Below are positions 55,362 to 64,000 of a stretch of 64,000 nucleotides of DNA, one piece after another. The position numbers and the translations under genes were made by a program. Source of the stretch: Chrysomallon squamiferum (taxonomy: Eukaryota > Animalia > Mollusca). The stretch is taken from the NCBI GenBank assembly GCA_012295275.1, contig CM022668.1:16667580-16731579 (forward strand), given 5' to 3'. Under the pieces are notes generated by a model, which was not told the DNA's origin, searched no databases, and saw nothing but the letters and a program-made list of their open reading frames with translations. The first letter of the stretch is position 1; each line of letters opens with the position of its first letter.

Positions 55362-55999
55362 TTGTACATACATGATAATGCGTGTAATCCAAAGCGCCTC
55401 AAGTTTTGGTCCGCAGTACTGTTATGACCTATGATTTCTGGCTTTTGAACATTTGATTTATTTTGTTTCAAGTGCTATCTGAATAAAAGGTGCGTGAGTG
55501 GAAAATTTGAAGTCTTATCTTTGTGTTTATTACATGAATGTAGCAGCAGTCTCGTTATGTTTGTCAGAACGTGTTTCGCGTTGACTCCTCACTGTAATTG
55601 TTGATATTTTTATCTTGATTTCACTGATATAAATTTCAAAGTTGTAAGTCAGATAGTTTCAAAGTTATGCATTTTTAATATTTAGGTTTTTGTTTCCATT
55701 TCCATACAAATGCCATTTGAAGAAATCTTCAATTTTAAGGGCTGATTCTGAAGTGAGTCTGTCTCTTATAATATCATACTCACTGTTCCAAATACTGAGT
55801 CTAATCTTGTTGTGTTAATAATTCAAAGGACTATGCCTGTGCTTTTTGCACATTTACTATACACTTCTTTCCCCAATGATTTTCTAAAGACATAATATAC
55901 ATCTCATATTTTTTTCATAAACAACAATATTACATATCAGTCAGTGAGAGATAGATATACTGTGATACCAAATTATTCTCCCTTTACTTATTCAAATCG

Positions 56000-56158
56000 A
56001 TCCTCATTCTTGCCACAAACATCACAACTAATTCTTTCTTTTCAAACAAATATTGTTTTGATAATCTATAATAATAATAACAATAACAACAACAATACTA
56101 CTACTACTATTACTATTAATAATAATAAGAGTAACCAAACAGTAAATAAACAAACAAA

Positions 56159-56194
<36 letters not shown>

Positions 56195-57900
56195 AAGGCC
56201 AACAAGAACAACAATAATACTAATTATAAGGTGACAGGGTTAGAGATAGGGTTAGGGTTTAAGGTTTAAGGTTTGAGTTAAGGTTAGGGGTTAGGGATTA
56301 GGGTTTAAGGTTTGAGTTAAGGTTAGGGGTTAGGGTTAGTGTTAGGGTTAGGGTTTAAGGTATACGGTTTGAGTTAGGGTTTGAGTTAGGGTTAGCGTAT
56401 TTAATGTAATTCCTGGAGTCTGTTGATTATTAATTACAGTTTAATTATGTAAAGAATATCATATTACATTTAATTTTATGAATTAATTTCTGCTGATAAT
56501 TAAATGTTTTCTAAACACATTACAAGTTAGAATATTATTATACTAGTCAGGGTATTAGGATATTTTGCATTCTGCATAAGTGAGGCTATTTTAATTTAAT
56601 GGAAGATATAAAATACAAATGAAATAGTAATGACTAATTGTGTGAATGTTTGTCATAAATTTGATTCTGTGTATTTATGTGTGGAAATTGAATATATGTT
56701 TATTTAATATTACTAATTCTGTGTTTATTTTCAGAATGATGCTGTAGAAGTTCAGGATTGTTTGAAATTTGTTCAAGATGTTGTTTCAGGAAAGTTAGTG
56801 TGAAATATTATTTTTTACAGTTTACAGTGTACTAATTGAAATTAAAATAGCTCTGAATGAGTTCTGTATATTACATATTATTTTATTATATTACCCTATT
56901 CAGACATATGTGATACAGAATTTTAAATACAAACAGTTTCATGAAAATAATAAAGGATTTATTTTAACAGTGGAGGTAATAATTGATTTTTCTAAGTGTT
57001 ACTAAAATAGTATCTAATTTAACAAACAACAAAATGTTTATGTTACTACCTACATATACATTTTGGGGGGCTTATCTCAAAATGACAAAGGTCTTTTTTT
57101 TCCATCTGTATGTTCTTCACTCAGTCTTTTGTAGTATTTAAATAACTAAAATCTGATTATGATTCAGTATTTAGATGTTATGTTTATTTTGTAGGTTTAC
57201 TTCAGCCAAAAAGGACAATGATTTCGTCTACCATGACAAAGTTCCTCCACTTGATACATTACCTGAAATTAAAGGCAAGTAATTTGCTGTTAAAACTTAG
57301 AGAATAATCTGTAATGAGTATATATGGAAATATATCTTTGGAATAAAGTAATAATGTGCTATATATGTGAAAGTAAACTAATAATATCTTATTGTATCTG
57401 TATTTATATCTATGATACTTAAGTTGTATTTTGTTATACATACATGATACTCAAGTAATAATATGATCTGATTCTTATAACAAAATTTTATTTATAGATT
57501 TATAAATGACTAAAGCACAGAATATTGATATGGTGTGTATTTATTTCATATTAGTATGTGTGGTACAGATTATGATTATTTATACTTATTTCTAGGAGCT
57601 TCTCTTGTGAAAGGGATTTCATTTAACCCAGGAGATAGAGAGATTTCTGGACCAGACATTTTTGAGAAACTTGTACCAATGGAGGCACATGAAGCTTCAT
57701 CTGTGTATAGGTAATTATTTCAATTTTTAAACAGTAGTTTTAATAATTATATCTACCTTGTTTGAAAATTTATTTAAATTTGTGTATTTATATATAATTT
57801 ATTCTAATTATGTAAACAGTACACTTTTAGTAATTACATTTCTGTTAGAAAATTTTACATTTAAATTTCAATGCTATGAACTTTAGTACAAATTATATGT

Positions 57901-57940
<40 letters not shown>

Positions 57941-59000
57941 TATGAAATAATAAAAAACTTGTTTAAATTTAGTTCTATAAAATTTGGTATATATTAAATC
58001 AAATTTTATAAAAGGTAGTACTAATGATGCTACTATATAACATTACATAGAAAGTAATGAAAATTCTGTTTAAATTAAGTTCTGTTAAAATAAACAACAG
58101 TTTATAAAATGTATTAATGGTGCATCTGATTGATTATAAACTGTTTAATCTGATGTATAAATAACTTGTAATCAGTGCCTGTCAGTGCTCCATTTGTTTG
58201 TTTCCCTCACAGCCACTGACTAGTGATTTGTGAATAAATATGTTCTGTTTTCAAAGCGTAAATGGGTTACATTTGAAAAGATTATCATTGTCTGCCATTC
58301 AGCTGAGAGTAATATTGAAACAATTTTAATGGGTGTATATTTTGATAATAAATATCATTGTTTGTTCACAGTGAAGAAAAGGCCAAGCTGTTAAGAAGTG
58401 TCAGCAGTAATGTTGAGAACAAGTGTGTGGAACTGGAGTAAGTAGTGTTGGTTGCTTGATTTAAAAATACAAAAGTCACATCAGAAAGCATTTTAGAAAC
58501 CATTCATAAGATTATTTGTAAATGAATGCAGCTGTGATGACTAGAAAAATGTTTTTTTTTTTGATATTTCATAATCCTGAAAGTTGAAACATTGCCGAGT
58601 ACCTCATTAAAAGAGTGTTGTGCTAAATAAAATGTATGTTGATGAAGTTTTTTCTTACACAGAAGCTGATAAATGCTTGTTTTAAAGAAATGTATGTTCT
58701 ATGAAGTTTTTTCTTACACAGAAGCTGATAAATGCTAGTTTTAACCAAATGTATGTTCTATGAAGTTTTTTCTTACACAGAAGCTGATGAATGCTTATTT
58801 TAATAAAATATATGTTTGATTAAGATTTTTCTTACACAGAAGCTGATAAATGCTAGTTTTAATAAAATGTCTGTTCTATGAAGATTTTTCTTACACCCAA
58901 GCTGATAAATGCTAGTTTTAATAAAATGTGTGTTCTATGAAGTTTTTTCTTACACAGAAGCTGATAAATGCTAGTTTTAATAAAATGTATGTTCCATGAA
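56000..59000 (+). pseudogene. PTPN23: Inverted partial duplicate of PTPN23 (intron 7 to intron 11); exon copies at 56735-56793, 57195-57274, 57596-57710, 58372-58437
   Basis: Reverse complement of about 42950-45621. Identical 60-aa ORFs appear at 44304+ and 57259-. All splice sites, including the GC donor, are retained. Differences seen: AAA>AAG (synonymous) in exon 9, GAT>AAT (D>N) in exon 11, and small intron indels. Confidence 0.93.
56237..56394 (+). repeat. Interstitial telomere-like repeat (TTAGGG)n with TTAAGG/TTTGAG variants
   Basis: Longer counterpart of the 45354-45415 tract. Confidence 0.88.
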
Positions 59001-59002
59001 GT

Positions 59003-62000
59003 TTGTGGCAATATTCCGTGCGGTCGGGAAAAATATTTCAACGTGTGCAAAAGGTGCGCGCCGTCGGGGCGAGTGTGGTAAAAACGTTTCCAACATTTGC
59101 CAAAGGTGCTGCACCTTTTGAAAATGCGTTTGAAAAAAAAACGAGCAAATTTTCAAAAACATGTGCGTTTTTTGTGCACGTGTCGGAAACGAGTTGTTCC
59201 CCTTGGGTGGCGCGTGCGGCACTTTTGACCCGTGTCGGGCAACCCTTGCCCCACTTTTGGGTATGTGCGCCCGATTTTTCCCACGTGCTCAGAAAAAGTT
59301 ATTGCACTTTGAAAAAGGTACCCCTAGCATTTTCAACGAAACTTGAAAAAATTCGATTTTCAAAAATTGAAAATCCGTGTGGCACTATTCCGTTTGGTCG
59401 GGAAAAATATTTCGACGTGTGCAAAACGTGCGCGCCGTCGGGGCGAGTGTGGCAAAACGTTTCCAACATTTACCAAAGGTGCTGCACCTTTTGAAAATGC
59501 GTTTGAAAAAATCGAGCAAATTTTCAAAAACATGTGCGTTTTTTGTGCACGTGTCGGAAACGAGTTGTTCCCCTTGGGTGGGGCGTGCGGCACTTTTGAC
59601 CCGTGTCGGGCAACCCTTGCCCCACTTTTGGGTATGTGCGCCCGATTTTTCCCACGTGCTCGGAAAAAGTTATTGCACTTTGAAAAAGGTACCCCTAGCA
59701 TTTTCAACGAAACTTGAAAAATTTCGATTTTCAAAAATTGAAAATCCGTGTGGCACTGTTCCGTTTGGTCGGGAAAAATATTTCGACGTGTGCAAAACGT
59801 GCGCGCCGTCGGGGCGAGTGTGGCAAAAACGTTTCCAACATTTACCAAAGGTGCTGCACCTTTTGAAAATGCGTTTGAAAAAAATCGAGCAAATTTTCAA
59901 AAACATGTGCGTTTTTTGTGCACGTGTCGGAAACGAGTTGTTCCCCTTGGTGGGGCGTGCGGCACTTTTGACCCGTGTCGGGCAACCCTTGCCCCACTTT
60001 TGGGTATGTGCGCCCGATTTTTCCCACGTGCTCGGAAAAAGTTATTGCACTTTGAAAAAGGTACCCCTAGCATTTTCAACGAAACTTGAAAAATTTCGAT
60101 TTTCAAAAGTTGAAAATCCGTGTGGCACTGTTCCGTTTGGTCGGGAAAAATATTTCGACGTGTGCAAAACGTGCGCGCCGTCGGGGCGAGTGTGGCAAAA
60201 ACGTTTCCAACATTTACCAAAGGTGCTGCACCTTTTGAAAATGCGTTTGAAAAAAATCGAGCAAATTTTCAAAAACATGTGCGTTTTTTGTGCACGTGTC
60301 GGAAACGAGTTGTTCCCCTTGGGTGGGGCGTGCGGCACTTTTGACCCGTGTCGGGCAACCCTTGCCCCACTTTTGGGTATGTGCGCCCGATTTTTCCCAC
60401 GTGCTCGGAAAAAGTTATTGCACTTTGAAAAAGGTACCCCTAGCATTTTCAACGAAACTTGAAAAATTTCGATTTTCAAAAGTTGAAAATCCGTGTGGCA
60501 CTGTTCCGTTTGGTCGGGAAAAATATTTCGACGTGTGCAAAACGTGCGCGCCGTCGGGGCGAGTGTGGCAAAAACGTTTCCAACATTTACCAAAGGTGCT
60601 GCACCTTTTGAAAATGCGTTTGAAAAAAATCGAGCAAATTTTCAAAAACATGTGCGTTTTTTGTGCACGTGTCGGAAACGAGTTGTTCCCCTTGGGTGGG
60701 GCGTGCGGCACTTTTGACCCGTGTCGGGCAACCCTTGCCCCACTTTTGGGTATGTGCGCCCGATTTTTCCCGTGCTCGGAAAAAGTTATTGCACTTTGAA
60801 AAAGGTACCCCTAGCATTTTCAACGAAACTTGAAAAATTTCGATTTTCAAAAGTTGAAAATCCGTGTGGCACTGTTCCGTTTGGTCGGGAAAAATATTTC
60901 GACGTGTGCAAAACGTGCGCGCCGTCGGGGCGAGTGTGGCAAAACGTTTCCAACATTTACCAAAGGTGCTGCACCTTTTGAAAATGCGTTTGAAAAAAAA
61001 TCGAGCAAATTTTCAAAAACATGTGCGTTTTTTGTGCACGTGTCGGAAACGAGTTGTTCCCCTTGGGTGGGGCGTGCGGCACTTTTGACCCGTGTCGGGC
61101 AACCCTTGCCCCACTTCCGATTTTGGGTATGTGCGCCCGATTTTTCCCACGTGCTCGGAAAAAGTTATTGCACTTTGAAAAAGGTACCCCTAGCATTTTC
61201 AACGAAACTTGAAAAAATTTCGATTTTCAAAAGTTGAAAATCCGTGTGGCACTGTTCCGTTTGGTCGGGAAAAATATTTCGACGTGTGCAAAACGTGCGC
61301 GCCGTCGGGGCGAGTGTGGCAAAAACGTTTCCAACATTTACCAAAGGTGCTGCACCTTTTGAAAATGCGTTTGAAAAAAATCGAGCAAATTTTCAAAAAC
61401 ATGTGCGTTTTTTGTGCACGTGTCGGAAACGAGTTGTTCCCCTTGGGTGGGGCGTGCGGCACTTTTCCGATTTGACCCGTGTCGGGCAACCCTTGCCCCA
61501 CTTTTGGGTATGTGCGCCCGATTTTTCCCACGTGCTCGGAAAAAGTTATTGCACTTTGAAAAAGGTACCCCTAGCATTTTCAACGAAACTTGAAAAAATT
61601 TCGATTTTCAAAAGTTGAAAATCCGTGTGGCACTGTTCCGTTTGGTCGGGAAAAATATTTCGACGTGTGCAAAACGTGCGCGCCGTCGGGGCGAGTGTGG
61701 CAAAAACGTTTCCAACATTTACCAAAGGTGCTGCACCTTTTGAAAATGCGTTTGAAAAAAAATCGAGCAAATTTTCAAAAACATGTGCGTTTTTTGTGCA
61801 CGTGTCGGAAACGAGTTGTTCCCCTTGGGTGGGGCGTGCGGCACTTTTGACCCGTGTCGGGCAACCCTTGCCCCACTTTTGGGTATGTGCGCCCGATTTT
61901 CCCACGTGCTCGGAAAAAGTTATTGCACTTTGAAAAAGGTACCCCTAGCATTTTCAACGAAACTTGAAAAATTTCGATTTTCAAAAGTTGAAAATCCGTG

Positions 62001-64000
62001 TGGCACTGTTCCGTTTGGTCGGGAAAAATATTTCGACGTGTGCAAAACGTGCGCGCCGTCGGGGCGAGTGTGGCAAAACGTTTCCAACATTTACCAAAGG
62101 TGCTGCACCTTTTGAAAATGCGTTTGAAAAAAAATCGAGCAAATTTTCAAAAACATGTGCGTTTTTGTGCACGTGTCGGAAACGAGTTGTTCCCCTTGGG
62201 TGGGGCGTGCGGCACTTTTGACCCGTGTCGGGCAACCCTTGCCCCACTTTTGGTATGTGCGCCCGATTTTTCCCACGTGCTCGGAAAAAGTTATTGCACT
62301 TTGAAAAAGGTACCCCTAGCATTTTCAACGAAACTTGAAAAATTTCGATTTTCAAAAAGTTGAAAATCCGTGTGGCACTGTTCCGTTTGGTCGGGAAAAA
62401 TATTTCGACGTGTGCAAAACGTGCGCGCCGTCGGGGCGAGTGTGGCAAAAACGTTTCCAACATTTACCAAAGGTGCTGCACCTTTTGAAAATGCGTTTGA
62501 AAAAAAATCGAGCAAATTTTCAAAAACATGTGCGTTTTTTGTGCACGTGTCGGAAACGAGTTGTTCCCCTTGGGTGGGGCGTGCGGCACTTTTGACCCGT
62601 GTCGGGCAACCCTTGCCCCACTTTTGGGTATGTGCGCCCGATTTTTCCCACGTGCTCGGAAAAAGTTATTGCACTTTGAAAAAAGTACCCTAGCATTTTC
62701 AACGAAACTTGAAAAATTTCGATTTTCAAAAGTTGAAAATCCGTGTGGCACTGTTCCGTTTGGTCGGGAAAAATATTTCGACGTGTGCAAAACGTGCGCG
62801 CCGTCGGGGCGAGTGTGGCAAAAACGTTTCCAACATTTACCAAAGGTGCTGCACCTTTTGAAAATGCGTTTGAAAAAAAATCGAGCAAATTTTCAAAAAC
62901 ATGTGCGTTTTTTGTGCACGTGTCGGAAACGAGTTGTTCCCCTTGGGTGGGGCGTGCGGCACTTTTGACCCGTGTCGGGCAACCCTTGCCCCACTTTTGG
63001 GTATGTGCGCCCGATTTTTCCCACGTGCTCGGAAAAAGTTATTGCACTTTGAAAAAGGTACCCTAGCATTTTCAACGAAACTTGAAAAATTTCGATTTTC
63101 AAAAGTTGAAAATCCGTGTGGCACTATTCCGTTTGGTCGGGAAAAATATTTCGACGTGTGCAAAACGTGCGCGCCGTCGGGGCGAGTGTGGCAAAAACGT
63201 TTCCAACATTTACCAAAGGTGCTGCACCTTTTGAAAATGCGTTTGAAAAAAATCGAGCAAATTTTCAAAACATGTGCGTTTTTTGTGCACGTGTCGGAAA
63301 CGAGTTGTTCCCCTTGGGTGGGGCGTGCGGCACTTTTGACCCGTGTCGGGCAACCCTTGCCCCACTTTTGGGTATGTGCGCCCGATTTTTCCCACGTGCT
63401 CGGAAAAAGTTATTGCACTTTGAAAAAGGTACCCCTAGCATTTTCAACGAAACTTGAAAAATTTCGATTTTCAAAAGTTGAAAATCCGTGTGGCACTGTT
63501 CCGTTTGGTCGGGAAAAATATTTCGACGTGTGCAAAACGTGCGCGCCGTCGGGGCGAGTGTGGCAAAAAAAAACGTTTCCAACATTTACCAAAGGTGCTG
63601 CACCTTTTGAAAATGCGTTTGAAAAAAAAATCGAGCAAATTTTCAAAAACATGTGCGTTTTTTGTGCACGTGTCGGAAACGAGTTGTTCCCCTTGGGTGG
63701 GGCGTGCGGCACTTTTGACCCGTGTCGGGCAACCCTTGCCCCACTTTTGGGTATGTGCGCCCGATTTTTCCCACGTGCTCGGAAAAAGTTATTGCACTTT
63801 GAAAAAGGTACCCCTAGCATTTTCAACGAAACTTGAAAAATTTCGATTTTCAAAAGTTGAAAATCCGTGTGGCACTGTTCCGTTTGGTCGGGAAAAATAT
63901 TTCGACGTGTGCAAAACGTGCGCGCCGTCGGGGCGAGTGTGGCAAAAACGTTTCCAACATTTACCAAAGGTGCTGCACCTTTGAAAATGCGTTTGAAAAA
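59003..64000. repeat. Tandem satellite DNA, monomer about 372-373 bp, about 13 copies, continues beyond the window
   Basis: CCGTGTGGCACTGTTCCGTTTGGTCGGG recurs about every 372 bp (for example near 59746, 60118, 60491, 60862); the first monomer is more diverged. Confidence 0.97.

Noticed and set aside
59003-64000. Many overlapping ORFs up to 361 aa; possible CRISPR-like array
   Set aside because: ORFs are translations of satellite monomers broken by homopolymer indels; there are no unique spacers.

Overview
AT-rich, microsatellite-rich animal genomic DNA. An invertebrate, probably a lophotrochozoan or mollusc, is inferred from composition, TTAGGG repeats and intron style. Bases 1-30,000 are non-coding as far as I can see: micro- and minisatellites, MITE-like ends, and a decayed hAT transposase at about 22.4-23.9 kb. 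Bases 30,792-54,767 (minus strand) hold a complete 26-coding-exon PTPN23/HD-PTP gene (Bro1, V domain, Pro/Gln-rich region, pseudo-PTP; about 2,190 aa), reconstructed exon by exon. It has one GC-AG intron and two apparent frameshifts (exons 6 and 18). The most unusual structure is a nearly identical inverted copy of PTPN23 exons 8-11 with their introns (about 56,000-59,000, plus strand) just upstream of the gene's own start codon. The two arms bracket the promoter and exons 1-7. The copy starts in a telomere-repeat-containing cassette that is also found in intron 7 and ends directly in a 372-bp satellite array running to the window end.
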